Source: Felis catus (taxonomy: Eukaryota). From it: DNA of 64,000 nucleotides. Both the position numbers and the translations under genes were made by a program. The DNA lies in the NCBI RefSeq assembly GCF_018350175.1, contig NC_058368.1, forward strand, positions 15,130,001 to 15,194,000. The letters run 5' to 3'. The notes under the pieces are model-generated. The model had not been told where the DNA came from. It saw only the letters and a list, made by a program, of their open reading frames with translations, and did no database searches. Positions 37,381 to 50,469 of this stretch are shown here, in pieces (the stretch's first letter is position 1; every line of letters starts with the position of its first letter).

Positions 37381-38613
37381 AATACAGACTATGAGGATAA
37401 AAATTTAGCAGAAACATTTGTGTCTCTTGGTGGAAAAATATCCTGAGTAATACTCCTTCAGTAGCTCTAAAAACAAACAAAAAATAAGCACTAATTTGTA
37501 AAGGAAAAATAAAATTGCTTTGCAATCTCAAAGAGGGATCTTGTCTAGGATCAGTATAAGAAAAAGCAAAATCAAACCAAAAGTGGAAACATTCTAGAAG
37601 TTTGATTCATGGTCAATTTTATGAATTGACATTGTAAGAGGAAGTTCATAAAGCAAGAGAAAATTAGGTGAAACCCTATCTTTTAGATGTGGATTTTTTT
37701 GGGGGGTGGGGGGGGGTCTAAGAGTGATAACAGTGTTAACAAAAACAAAGCCCCACTAAGCAACAATGCCAAATAATACATTTTAAAGTGTTAAAAAAGA
37801 ACACAGTTGAATTGGTTCAAACTTGACCCTACACAGACTTATTAAGTTCAGTCATATTTAATTGTATTGGTCATTGTATTTATAATGTTAATAGTGATGA
37901 AGTTATGTTGACTTGAAAAGACTTTGTAAAATAAGAAAATGATAACAAGGAAAGGAAAAAGCCTAATATATGGCACTGTACTGGGCACTAGGGATACAAA
38001 AATAAAATAGACACAGCCCCAGTAGTCAATTAGCAGTAGGACAAGTGGTGGTGAGGGGAAACATACAGCCAGAACATTTGAGACTATTGGTTAAGTGGAT
38101 GAGATGGAACATACAAAAGGACATCCAACGTGGAAGGTGGCAGAAGCCACTGAGATATAGGGAGGTCAAGATTGAAGAGGGTCAAGAAATGCTCTCGGGG
38201 GAGATGGCACCTGTTCCAAGCCAGAGGAGGTGAGAAAGGATATTCAAGCAGCAAGAACAGCATGAACAAAAATACCTATGTGTCAACAAAGGAGAGGATA
38301 CAATGAGGCAAAGAGTAACTCCTATAGTGAAGTTGACAAATTTTCAGATTTCATGAGGAAAAACATCCCCAAAGTAGGACTAGTGAGTTTGAGTCATGTC
38401 TCTACCACCCGCTAGCTTATTTATGTGATCTTGAGCAAGTTACCTATCCTGCACCTCAATTTCTCATATCTAAAATAAGGTCAGGGTTGCTGGGGTGGCT
38501 CAGTCAGCTAAACTTCGTCCAATTCTTGGATTTCGGCTCGGGTCATGATCTCACAATTCGTGAGACTGAGCCGAGTCAGGTTCAGCGCTGACAGCAAGAA
38601 GCCCACTTGGGAT

Positions 38614-38646
<33 letters not shown>

Positions 38647-39269
38647 GCCCCTCTCCTGCTCACGCACACACATTCTCTCTCAAAATAAATAAATAAACTT
38701 TATAAAAATAATGAAATAAAACAAGGACAATTCAAGTTCCTAAATTATAGGATATTGGGAGGATTCATTAAAATATACAAAATACTCAGAACAGTGCAGG
38801 GCCCACACAAAATGCTATAAGAGTTAGTTGATATTGTCATTATTTTATTCTTCTTCTTTTCCATCATCACCATCAGCAGCAGCAGCAGCAGCAGCAATTT
38901 ACCACAAAACTGTTCTCCAAAAGGGTAGCACTACATTGCTAACAGTAATGTATAAAGTCCCAATTTCACTTAAAAAAAAAAACAAAACAAACAAACAAAA
39001 ACCCTACTTCTTCAATAGGCAACAAATTGTATGTATTTCAATTCAATTCAAATTTCTTTGAGGAAAAAACAAGTTGGATATTTTCCATACTCATGAATTC
39101 TCTCTGTTCTACTCATATTTATTACTGAGAACTTCATTTTTTTCTAATTGAATTGCAGAGGATATAAATATAGTCAAAATATGGACCTTTTGTCTATCAT
39201 CTTGGCTACTAATGTATTTCCCATTACATTAGTAGGGAATGCTGTTTAACTTCTTGTATGTTGTCTTTT

Positions 39270-39494
39270 TTTTTTTTTTTAATTTTTTTTTCAACTTTTA
39301 TTTATTTTTGGGACAGAGAGAGACAGAGCATGAACGGGCAAGGGGCAGAGAGAGAGGGAGACACAGAATCGGAAACAGGCTCCAGGCTCCGAGCCATCAG
39401 CCCAGAGCCCAATGCGGGGCTCGAACTCACAGACCGCGAGATCGTGACCTGGCTGAAGTCGGACGCTTAACCGACTGCGCCACCCAGGCGCCCC
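39270..39494 (-). mobile_element. Young felid SINE (SINEC_Fc)
   Basis: TSD tgttgtcttttt. Confidence 0.92.
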
Positions 39495-40250
39495 TGTTGT
39501 CTTTTTTTTTTTAATCCAGCTCCTCCCCATGAGAAGATTTGCTCATAATACAATTTGTTGGGCTTACATTTTACTAGTGGGCATGGTTATTCATTGCATG
39601 CATATCTGTGAGTGTGACCCGTTTTGCCTGTAACTGGATAGATGAGAAAATTCAGCTAGCCTTGCCACTTCAACTACTTGGTAAGTGCACTCACAGTCCA
39701 CCTGCCACAGAGCCAGTTATAGCCCAGATATAGTTATATCCCAGGTGTGAAGACGTAGGAAGCTACTTCAGAATTGGGACAAAGAAGTGTTCTCCAATCA
39801 AGCTTTAAAAGAGCCTTGGGTACTTAAGAAAAGTAGCATTTTATTTCCTATATAGTTACTAATTCTTTTTGTTCATGGCTTCCCCAATAGAAAAGTATAA
39901 ATGGGTTTAAGAACCTAAGTCCACCCCCGTAAGCTTAATAAAACCCTACTGTTCTTTAGCATTCGGTTCAAGCACTGCCTCCTCTGGAAAGGCTGTCTTT
40001 ATGCCTTCATCTAAATTGTGTTAGGTTCCCTTAACTGGGTTTCCTCCTCATGCAGAAGTTACATCCCTTCTCATATTCATATTTTAGTTTGATACTTTCT
40101 CCCAATAGTCAGTGAACCTTTTTAGAACAGGGAAAAGAAAGGTCTTCCATTCAATGTGCTGAAATATGGCAGGTCTCAATATTTGTGGAATGAATTAGTA
40201 TCTTACATACATTTTAAGTTTTAAAGATATGTGGGTATGTGAGTGTGCAG

Positions 40251-40252
<2 letters not shown>

Positions 40253-40279
<27 letters not shown>
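40253..40279. repeat. (GT)n microsatellite
   Basis: Directly visible. Confidence 0.95.
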
Positions 40280-40281
<2 letters not shown>

Positions 40282-40926
40282 CAGCACTCGTCCACCATTC
40301 TTTCAACACAAATAGCCAAAACCTAGATAAAGATTTTAAAGTTATGGCCAAATACAGCAGTTAAGATATGAGAGGTATTAAGTTAAATAGAAAACTTGTA
40401 TTTTATTATCTACCAAAAACAATAATGCATTGATGTCATGTAACAAAAGTTTTGCTAACTAATGAACATTTTGAAGTTGTAAGTAGGTGAATAATTATGC
40501 AGTAACACGTTTGACATTGGAAATATTAGTTTTAGGGGTGCCTGGGTGGCTCAGTTGGTTACACATCTGACTTTGGCTCAGGTCATGATCTCATGGTTCG
40601 TGGGTTTGAGCCCTGCATTGGGCTCTGTGCTAACAGCTCAGAGCTTGGAGCCTGCTTCAGATTCTGTGTCTCCCTCTCTCTCTTCTCCTCCCCAACTCAT
40701 GCTCTCTCTCACTCTCGCTCTCAAAAATAAACATAAAAAAATTGAAAACAAGAAAATATTGGCTTTAAAGCCTAATAATTAATAAATTATTATTAATGCT
40801 GCCAAAAAGCAGTGCTGAGATCTTGGTACTACTATTTCCTGTATTTAATTTAATGCACTACCAGTATCTTGGCAAAATAAACAATAATTATACCAGAGTC
40901 ACATATAAAAATACTTATTTACATAC

Positions 40927-41006
40927 CTTTGTCATCAGTATTGAGTTTGGCTTCCAGTTCCTCTATCTTGTGTATTATTTCAAGCATTGATAGTTGCACT
41001 ATATCC
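40927..41006 (-). CDS. CCDC169: CCDC169 exon 2 ([26 protein letters not shown])
   Basis: AG acceptor 41008-41007, GTATGT donor; 80 nt; frame continues from exon 1; matches the recalled [26 protein letters not shown]. Confidence 0.93.
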
Positions 41007-42619
41007 CTATTATTACAAATATCTTGTTAATTATGATCCAATTATAACATGAAAAGAATAACACATATCAATGCACAACTACTTTAGGAACAATTTATTA
41101 TGAAATGTCTCTAATTGAAGGCATGGTTGACAATCAGAATTCAGGCAAATGGAGGCTTCTGATTACCAAGGTTGACAAGGACACTAATATGCGCTAAGGC
41201 TCAGAGGCCTCCAGGTGACCATTAGAAACCCTTTACTCTTAACTTAAATATGATCCCAAGAAGTTGTTATCTGGGTTCTCAAAGACCAGCAAATGAACTG
41301 TAATTTATTGGAGAACGGAATAGCTAGGTAATAACTGATAATCTGAAACAAAGAGGAAAAAAGAAACACTAATAAAAAAAAAAACCCACACATATACACA
41401 CACATACAAATAGCATTCCAGAGATGATGTATTTAGGACATTAGTAAATTAGCACATTAACTATTAAAATTTGATGACCAAGGGGCACCTGGGTGGCTCA
41501 GTCGGTTGAGTACCCAACTTCGGCTCAGGTCATGATCTCGCAGTCTGTGAGTTCAAGCCCCGAGTCCGGCTCTGTGCTGACAGCTCAGAGCCTGGAGACT
41601 GTTTCAGATTCTGTGTCTCCCTCTCTCTCTGACCCTCCCCCGTTCATGCTCTGTCTCTCTCTCTGTCAAAAATAAACATAAAAATGTTTTTTTTAATTTG
41701 GTGACCGAATCATTTATGCACTATGTATTTTTGGTTGCCTATTATGTCAAAGCATTGTGCTAAATGCTTAAAATACTACAGTGAATAAGTGAACTGAACA
41801 ATAGCAACAGCAGCGGCTTCCACTGAATGCTTATTATAAGTGGATGAGAAGTGCTTTACATTCTTTTCACTCAACCCTGCCAACAACCACATCAAGTGTA
41901 ATAGTTCTTAACCTATCTTAGAGTTCAGAACACTGAAGCTTTAGTGGTTCATTAACTTGCCCAAGATCAGGTACTTACTAAGTGATATGAACTGGGATTT
42001 GCATTTATGCAGGATTCCTCTTAAGTACTTGCTCTTATAGTCTACTGCCTCAGGGAATATACAACCTGTCCTCAGAATGTTTATGGTTTAGTATCAGATC
42101 AAGAAATAACTAACTAAAATAGTGTGGCTGGAGCCACAATAGAGGAAAGCTCAGGAAGCTTTAGGGCACATAAGAGGGTCTAAATCTTGTGGGGCTGGCT
42201 GGTGGGACTGGGGTTATTTAAAAAAAAAAAAACAACAACTTAAAATGTTTCAAAGATTTAATACGAAGTATAATGTTGAGTATTTTTAAGTATATAGGAG
42301 AGGCGTCATTTTTACAAAATGCCACCATTTTTTAAGTTCTTCTAAAGGGATGGGATGAAAGATAAGCATAACTAAACAAAACCTTTGGAATTTGAAACAG
42401 AAAAGCTGAATTCAGTGGAACATGAAAACCAGACACATAGGTTAGCATTATAGTATACGCACACAATACACTCCCATCTGATCTGATCCTAAAGACAGAA
42501 AATCCTACCTCAAAATCTGCCTATTTCTAATACCAAATGCTTAATCAAAGAAGCAAATGAATCTTTCCTATAAAACACTGATTTTAGATGTCGCCAGATC
42601 TCCCCGGGTATTAATCACA

Positions 42620-43200
42620 CTGCTTGTGTCACATCGACCTCAGCTTGGAAGGGCGGAGCACACACAGGTGCATTTCCTTGAGCCACGTGTACCTGAACCC
42701 TACACGCGCGCGAAAGTCCGCGCGCCGCCCTTCAACTCACTTCTGATGGATTTCTTCCAGTAACTCCTTTTCAAGGCGGTCGGTGCTCACACCGTCGAAG
42801 TTGGCGCCTCTTCCTTCCTCCATAGTGTCAGGTCAGAAACGTCCCACGCCCTTCCCCTCTTACAGCTAACACCACAAAACCTGACACCCTCCCAGAAGCT
42901 GGGAACGTGAGGGCATTGTCTCGAGCTGTCACTGAGGTTTACTGACTCACAGTCGCCCGCTCTCGGCGCCTCGCGGTGACGTCACAGGGCGTTGCCCGGG
43001 AGCCGGGAAGGGCATTCCGAGCGAGTCGGGGAGCAGTACGCAGGCTGAGCCTTGGAGTGCTGCTAACACAGAAAGAGGTCTCGCTGCCCCGGGAACACTT
43101 CGTCGAGAAAAGTTCCTCTGTGCCCGAAACCTGCGGCCTCATTCCTTTTCCCAAACTGGTGGAGGGGGCACGTGCACCAGCCACATGGGAGTAAGGAACC
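42620..43200 (-). promoter_or_regulatory. CCDC169: CpG-rich promoter / first-exon island of CCDC169
   Basis: Only non-repeat CpG-dense stretch in the window and it surrounds the exon 1 ATG. Contains palindromic GTGACGTCAC (CRE core TGACGTCA 42977-42984), X-box-like GTTGCCCGGGAGC (42991-43003) and GCTGCCCCGGGAAC (43083-43096), and CACGTG E-boxes (42684-42689, 43169-43174). Confidence 0.8.
42741..42823 (-). CDS. CCDC169: CCDC169 coding exon 1 (MEEGRGANFDGVSTDRLEKELLEEIHQK)
   Basis: Manual translation of the reverse complement from ATG at 42823 resembles the recalled human CCDC169 N-terminus ([28 protein letters not shown]). GTGAGT donor at 42740-42735; 83 nt, phase 2; sits in a CpG-rich island downstream of SPART, the known synteny. 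Confidence 0.93.
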
Positions 43201-44265
43201 ATTGGCTCTGGTGCTGTTTTAAACACTGACCCAAGCCCACTCTTCACTTTACTCTTAGTCCTTGTTAGGGAAATGTGGAATCCAAGAATGGCTGTGTCTT
43301 TCTTTGCTTCAGTTTACCGAGTACCAGAGGCTCTGGTTAAGAGTGAAGAGGAGCAGACCCTGAGAAGGCACTGCCTGACCTCTGAGTTTCCAGTCCAGAT
43401 TGTTCTGTCTTTGAGTTTTGACAAATCTGGGGACTGATTGTCCATGGACATAGGTCAGAGCTGCCCACTACAGTTTGAAATTTCAAGCTTATATTTGTAA
43501 TCACAAAGTTTGCATTCTGCTCCTGATAGGTCTGTGCTTTAGTATTATCCCTGGCTCCCATCCATCTTTGACTAGAAAGATTGATCTGCCTTTTCCTTTG
43601 ACTTCTCTGGTGCATTTTCCCTACTGTGAATCAGTTTGAGAAGTGTGAATGTGAGACCTTGTTGTCTGACAGAAATCAGCACTAGTACTCTGGTACAGAA
43701 TTTATTTTGCTTACTGCTTGATCTTTAGTGCTGAGAAGAGGGACCCTTAGTAGTTATGTACGGTTATGCTAATAAACGACAATTTCAAAGATTTTTTAAG
43801 CATAAAAAGCACATGTGGTAAATGCTTGTTTCATTCGGTTGCTGCTTATCAGCATATTTTTGGAAAGTTGATAATTTATGGGAAAAATATAAACAGCAAA
43901 AGTTTTCGACCTATGGTTGCTACACTTAAAGTTTGTGTAAAATAGAATTGTTTATTAAATGCATGCTGGAGCTAAGCAAAGTCTTCAATTAGAAAGTAGG
44001 TTTTAAAGGAGAAAAGAGATTAAGGAAGTTTAAAAATCTATATTGGGGGATATTTTAAGCATGGGGACGGTTTGGAATTGAATTGTTTGAATAGAACATA
44101 AATGTAGTAACACATTTGATGGATAACATGTTTAATGTCCAAAAGAACAACCCAGATTTGTAGGCAAAAGAGAATTTTAAGCATTTTGAAGAACGAGTGC
44201 AATTAATATCAATTACGTACAAAGAGATGCTAAATATGTTCACTGCTTTAAAAATAAAACATACA

Positions 44266-44661
44266 GGGGCGCCTGGGTGGCTCAGTTGGTTAAGCGTCCG
44301 ACTTCACCCCAGGTCATGAACTCACGGTTTGTGAATTTGAGTCCCGCATCGGGCTCTGTGCTGACAGCTCGGAGCCTGGAGCCTGCTTCTGATTCTGTGT
44401 CTCCCTCTCTCTCTGCCCCTCCCTAGTTCATGCGCACGTGCATGCTCTCTCTCTCTCTCTCTCTCTGTTAGGAAATAAATAAACTTAAAAAAATAAAACT
44501 TACAGTTTAAAAAGAAGTGTAATATGAAGGGCACCTGGGTGGCCCAGTTGGTTGAGCATCCAACTCTTGGTTTTGGCTCAGGTCATGATCTCAGTTTGTG
44601 AGTTCAAGCCCTGCTCTCCACCCCCCCCAGCACTGTGCTGATGGTGCAGAACCTGCTTGGG

Positions 44662-44711
<50 letters not shown>

Positions 44712-44765
44712 CCCTCTCCTGCTTGCTCTCAATATAAATACTTTAAAAAATAAAAATAAAACATA
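44266..44765 (+). mobile_element. Two tandem CAN-SINEs (44266-~44490, 44529-~44765)
   Basis: Separate TSDs aaaataaaac(a/t)taca and aaaaagaagtgtaatatgaa. Confidence 0.88.
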
Positions 44766-45240
44766 AAAAGAAGTGTAATATGAAAGAATTCTGTCAATTA
44801 CTCAAGTGGTATGGCAAATCCTGCATTCCCACTTTTGTGCTTAGCCTGCGACAGGTTGTGGGGAGCAAGTTGCAGGTCTCCTCTCAGACACTCACCAGCG
44901 TCTATTTCCTGCCTTGGTGGCTTTCTCCTTTCTTCCCTAGCCAGAGTTCTCAGTTCTTCTCTCTTATAGACTCTCCTACAGACTTATAGGAGTGGGGGTG
45001 GGAGTGAGATAGGGATGGTAGAGGGATAGTCACGTATTATATATTCTTCCAAATCTTTATGATTTACACCTAAACAATAGCTTTTGAAATATCAAAAGCC
45101 AATAATTGATGTTTTTGTTCTCTGGTTTCTTTGTAGAACCCCCTGCTTCTTTGGGTCAGGAGGAGCAAGAATTCTCTCCACCTGTAATGCTACTTCCAGA
45201 TCACTACTCTTCCATCTTCATGTAAAAACTCACGCCTCTG

Positions 45241-45761
45241 GTGCTGATTCATAGGGGCACATGTACCCCAATGTTTATAGCAGCACGTTCAACAACAGCC
45301 AAATTATGGAAAGAACCTAAATGTCCATCATATTATAAATATATATTTCTCTTGGTAATGTGAAAGAATGAAATCCTGCCATTTGCAGCAACGTGGATGG
45401 AACCGGAGGGTATTATGCTAAGTGAAATATGTTTTCACTCATATGTGGAACTTGAGAAACTTAACAGAAGACCATGGGGGAAGGGAAGGGGGAAAAACAG
45501 TTAGAGAGGGAGGGAGGCAAACCATAAGAGGCTCTTAAATACAGAGAACAAACTGAGGGTTGATGGGGGTGGGGGGGAGAGGGGAAAATGGGAGGTGGGC
45601 ATTGAGAAGGGCACTTGTTGGGATGAGCACTGGGTGTTGTATGTAAGTGATGAATCATGGGAATCTACCCCCAAAACCAAGGACACACTGTATACACTGT
45701 ATGTTAGCCAACTTGACAATAAATTGTATTAAAAAAAAATTTAAAAAGTTACAAAAAACCC
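45241..45761 (+). mobile_element. 5'-truncated carnivore L1 3' end
   Basis: L1 ORF2 C-terminus/3' UTR with AATAAA and A tail; TSD ctcac(g/t)cctctg at 45229-45240 and 45762-45773. Confidence 0.85.
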
Positions 45762-45789
45762 CTCACTCCTCTGATATGCATGGCTTTTA

Positions 45790-48030
45790 AATTGTTTTTA
45801 ATTTCAGTTTTAATTCCAGTAAAGTTAGCATACGGTGTTATATTAGTTTCAGGTGTACAATATAGTGATTCAACAATTATATACATTACTAGTGCTCATC
45901 ACAGTGTGCTCTTAATCCCCTTCATCTATTTTACCCATCCCCCCCACCTACCTTCCCTCTGGTAACCATCAGTTTGTTCTTTATACTTAAAAGTCTGTTC
46001 TTTGTTTTCTTCTTTGCTCATTTGTTTCTTAAATTCCACATATGATGGTATTTGTCTTTCTCTGACTTATTTCACTTAGCGTTATACCCTCTAGATCCAT
46101 CCATGTTGTTGCAAATGGCAAGATTTCATTATTTTTTAATGGCTGAATACTTCTGCATTGTATATATATACATCTCCATTCATCTATCAATGGACACTTG
46201 GGCTGCTTCCATAATTTGGCTATTGTAAATAATGCTGCAATAAACATGGGGGTGCATGTATCTTTTCAAATTAGTATTTTTGCATTCTTTGGGTCAATAC
46301 CCAGTAGTAGAATTATTGGATCATATGGTAGTTCTATTTTTAGTTTTTTTTAATGTTTATTTAATTTAAATTTGACAGAGAAAGAGACAGAGCATGAGCA
46401 GGGGAGGGGCAGAGAGAGAGGGAGACACAGAATCCGAAGCAGGCTCCAGGCTCTGAGCTGTCAGCACAGAGCCCGACGCAGGGCTTGAACTCACGAACCA
46501 TGAGTTCATGACCTGGGCTGAAGTCAGACGCTTAACCGACTGAGCCACCCAGGCGCCCCTATTTTTAGTTTTTTGAGGAATCTCTATGCTGTGGTCCACA
46601 GTGGCTATACCAGTTTTCATTCCTACCAACAATCCATGAAGGTTCCCTTTTCTCAAATCCTTGCTGTACTTGTGTTTTTTGATTTTAGCCATTCAGACAG
46701 GTGTGAGGTGATATCTCATCTTGGCCATTTTTGTTATCTTTGGAGAAATATCTGTTCATATCTTCTGCTCATTTTTAAATTGAAAAATTTAGTGGCGCTT
46801 GGGTGGCTCAGTAGGTTAAGCCTCTGACTTTGGCTCAGGTCATGATCTCACGATTTGTGACTTCAAGCCCCATGTTGGGCTCTGTGCTGACAGCTCAGAG
46901 CCTCGAGCCTGCTTCAGATTCTGTGCCTCCCTCTCTCTCTCAAAAATAAGCATTAAAAAAAAAAACCCATAAATTGGAAAATTTGTGTTTTTGGGTGTTG
47001 AGTTTTATGAGTTCTTTATAGATTTTGGATACTAACCCTTTGTCAGATATGTCATTTGCAAATATCTTCTCCCATTCCATAAACTGACCTTTAACTTTGT
47101 TGACTGTTTCTTTTGCTGTACTGCTTATTTTGATGTAATAGGGCTTTTATGGTTTCAGGTCGAATTTCTTTTAAGAAATGTTTTTTTAAAGTTTCTTAAA
47201 AGTTTATTTAAAGTTTTATTTATTTTAAAGTTTTATTTTTATTTTTGAAAGAAAGAGCGTGAGCAGAAGAGGGGCAGAGAGAGAGAGGAAGACAGAATCT
47301 GAAGCAGGCTCCAGGCTCTGAGCTGTCAGCACAGAGCCCGGTGTGAGGCTGGAACTCATGAACCGCGAGATCAGGACCGGAGCTGAAGTCAGATGCTTAA
47401 CCCACTGAGCCATCCAGGTGCCCCTCAGATCTTACATTTAGATCTTTATAATATATTTTGAGCTTATTTTTGTGTATAAGAAAGTGGTCCAGTTTCATCC
47501 TTTCACATGTAGCTATCCAATTTTCCCACCACGATTTGTTGAACAGACTGTCTTTTCCCCATTGCATATTCTTGCTTCTTTTGTGAAATGTAATCATGAG
47601 TTTATTTCTGGCTGTTCTGTCCCATTAAGTGTCTGTTTTTGCATCAGTACCATAGTATTTTGGTTACTATAGCTTTGTAATACATCTTAAAATCTAGGAC
47701 TGTGATGCCTCCAGTTTTGTTTTTTTCAAGATGGCTTGGCTAGCTAGGGTCTTGTGTTTCCATACAAACTTTAGAATTATTCTAGTTCTGTCAAAAATGT
47801 TGTTGGTATTTTGATAGTGATTGCATTAAATCTGTAGATTGCTTTGGACAGTATGGACATATTAACAGTATTTGTTTTTCCAATCCACGGGCATGGAGTA
47901 TCTTTCCATTTGTGTTATCTTCAATTTCTTTCAGTGTTATATGGTTTTCAGAATACAGACCTTTTACCTTCCTGGTTAAGTGTTTTCCTAGGTATTTTGA
48001 TTTTGGTGCAGTTATAAATGGGCATTCCTT
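45790..48030 (-). mobile_element. Older carnivore L1 (L1_Carn-like) 3' portion containing three SINEs (~46345-46559 -, ~46793-46965 +, ~47225-47424 -)
   Basis: Degenerate ORF2 peptides (MFIAALFTIAKLWKQPKCP, QWGKDSLFNKSWWENWIATCERMKLD). Confidence 0.88.
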
Positions 48031-49576
48031 CCTGATGTAACACCATCTATTCCTCACTTCCCAAAGACTTCACAGTCATCCATTGTCTGACTTTGACATC
48101 AAAGTGGTCTTTCCACTGGAAGTCTTGCCCACACCTTGACCTTCAACTTGCAACTCTCATCACTTTAATCTCCACTCCACTTCCACAGCTATACTCTGAA
48201 TCCTGTCATCAGAGTGGCTTTAACTCAGAAAACTTAAATTAACAAAACTACCACATACCAAAACATCATTCTTTTAGGTCCCAACTCAGATACTCTCTAA
48301 ATAACAATGTTTTGTTAACCAGGGATATTGTCTATGAAGCTTCTTAAACCTGCAAATGCTGGGACCCTGTCCCTTATCACAGAGATCTTGGTTCTTTAAT
48401 AGCACACTCTAACAATTTGCTCTTCAGCTGGCTTCCAATTTTGAACAAAATAGATTAGTGTGTGTATGTGTACAAAGAACACTCTTCATTAGTTACTGTT
48501 TCCTCCAATGAATAGCTTCTCCAGGGTGATCAGTTTCTTCACTTGTGACAACTTTTTACATAGAATACATTTGAAGATATTACTTGGAGTTTTTTTCCCA
48601 CCTCATCGATGTTCTTATAATTTTTAATTCATCTTTCTGTATCTTGAAAATATATTGTGAATAGAAAAAAATTTTGAAGAAAACAAAGCTATCGAGAAAT
48701 ATAATGTTCTTAGTATTTCTGTTGCTAAACTAAATACAAAACGGTGAAAACGATAGGAAGTCTTGAATTTGGCAAGAACAGACCAGAGAACTAGTTTGTT
48801 TGTGCAGAGCTTTACTCAGGCTTACCTAAAAAGTGAAATATAAAAGGATTTCTGGCTAACAAGCCCTAAGCTTCACTTTTCTTAGCTTGGCCTAAAATAC
48901 CCATGAAGGCAGAGAAAAAGACAAGCTCACACTATCACCAAAACCGAAGACTAATGATCCGTTTGGTAATAACTTGGGCAATTTTCTACCAAGTATCAAG
49001 AGAGTGGAACTGTAATTTAAAATAAAATAAAAACAACTAGTGTTAAGCAGCTGGAGTCAGAGGATATCTATAAAGGCCATTTGTCCTTTCCTATCTACCT
49101 CAGTTTAAGAAAGATGTCTGGCCTATCACTCCATGTAGGTCTCTCCTTTTTGAGGTTAGTGTAGAACCTTTTTCATACTTTTAGATCTTTCTCAAGAACC
49201 TCTCTTTGATCTCTATCTCAGTTTCCGATTCTATAAAATGAAACTGTAATAGTATGTAACTCATAGGAATGTTGTGAGGTTAAAATGAGTTAATGTATAT
49301 AAGAGCACTTAGAACATTAATGGCTCACAGTAAGCACTACATAAACGTTAGCTATCATTATTTCTAGACAGTTGGTGCCTTGACGTACTCCCAGAAAACT
49401 ACCCTATACAGCATGAGGAAGGGACAGTCTGTTGAGGCAAAATGAGGAAAAACCCTGGTAGCAGTAAATATTGAGAACTGTTGTTTTTCATATGGTGTAT
49501 CTTATGGATACTAAACAGCAAAGCAGAGCTACTAGGTAAGGGCCTCTATACAGTGAAAACGGGACTACAAAGCAGC

Positions 49577-50036
49577 TGTGATGGTTAATTTTGTCAGTTT
49601 AACTGGGCCACAAGATGTACACACACTTGGCCAAGTATTATTCTGGATGTATCTGTGAGAGTGTTCCTGGATGAGATTAACATTTCCATCAGTAGACCTA
49701 ATAAACCAGATTGCCCTCCCAAAGACAATGGACCTCATCCAATCAACGGACCTGAATAGAACAAAAAGGCTAAGAAGGAACTTGATTTAGTTGAACTTGG
49801 TTTAAATCCTTAGTTTTCTGGCCTTTATACTCAGACTGAAATGGGCTCTTTTTGAGTTTTGAGCCTACAGGCTTTCAGAATGGAACTTACACCATCAGCT
49901 CACCTGGTTCTCAGGCCTTCAGACTTGGACTGAAATAACACATTAGATCTCCTAAGTCTCCAGCTCACTCAAGGGCTATCTTGGGAATTTGCAGCCTCCA
50001 TAATTTCATGAGTCAATTCCTTGTAATAAATCTCTT

Positions 50037-50109
<73 letters not shown>

Positions 50110-50151
50110 ATTTATCTCCCCTATTCTGTTTCCCTGGAAAACTCTAATATA
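49577..50151 (+). mobile_element. ERVL solo LTR (MLT2-like) with internal (CT)n(CA)n microsatellite
   Basis: tgtgatggttaattt start, gatgagattaacattt motif, ttctgtttccctggaaaactctaata end; near-TSD gcagc/gaagc. Confidence 0.85.
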
Positions 50152-50469
50152 GAAGCTATACTTATGAAGATTTTGTCTGTCTAGCCATTAATATGAAAAA
50201 GCAACCCACAACCAAGTAAGCAGAACGGAATAAAGGAAAATGGACAACACAAATCCAATTTTTCTGACCTCTGGTCTAAGTGAACTTTGTAATCTTTAGG
50301 CTCCACTATTTGTCATCCCACTTCTCAAACTTAAGGCAGAGACTGACTGGAAGCTATATGCCAACTCATTTTTATTTCCACTTTAATAAGTAGTACATTA
50401 TCCTTGGCCTTAGGGAAAGGATCCATCAATTCTATGTGTTCCCGAAATACAACCCTGTGAACACATTTG

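Noticed and set aside
40546..41675. Recurrent 'MAQ..TSAQVMISWFVSSSP..' and 'FLGQRETEHERGRG..' ORFs here and throughout the window
   Set aside because: These are translations of CAN-SINE sequence, not a gene family.
42939..43247. 102-aa and 72-aa ORFs in the CpG island
   Set aside because: Expected from stop-poor GC-rich promoter DNA; no homology recognised.
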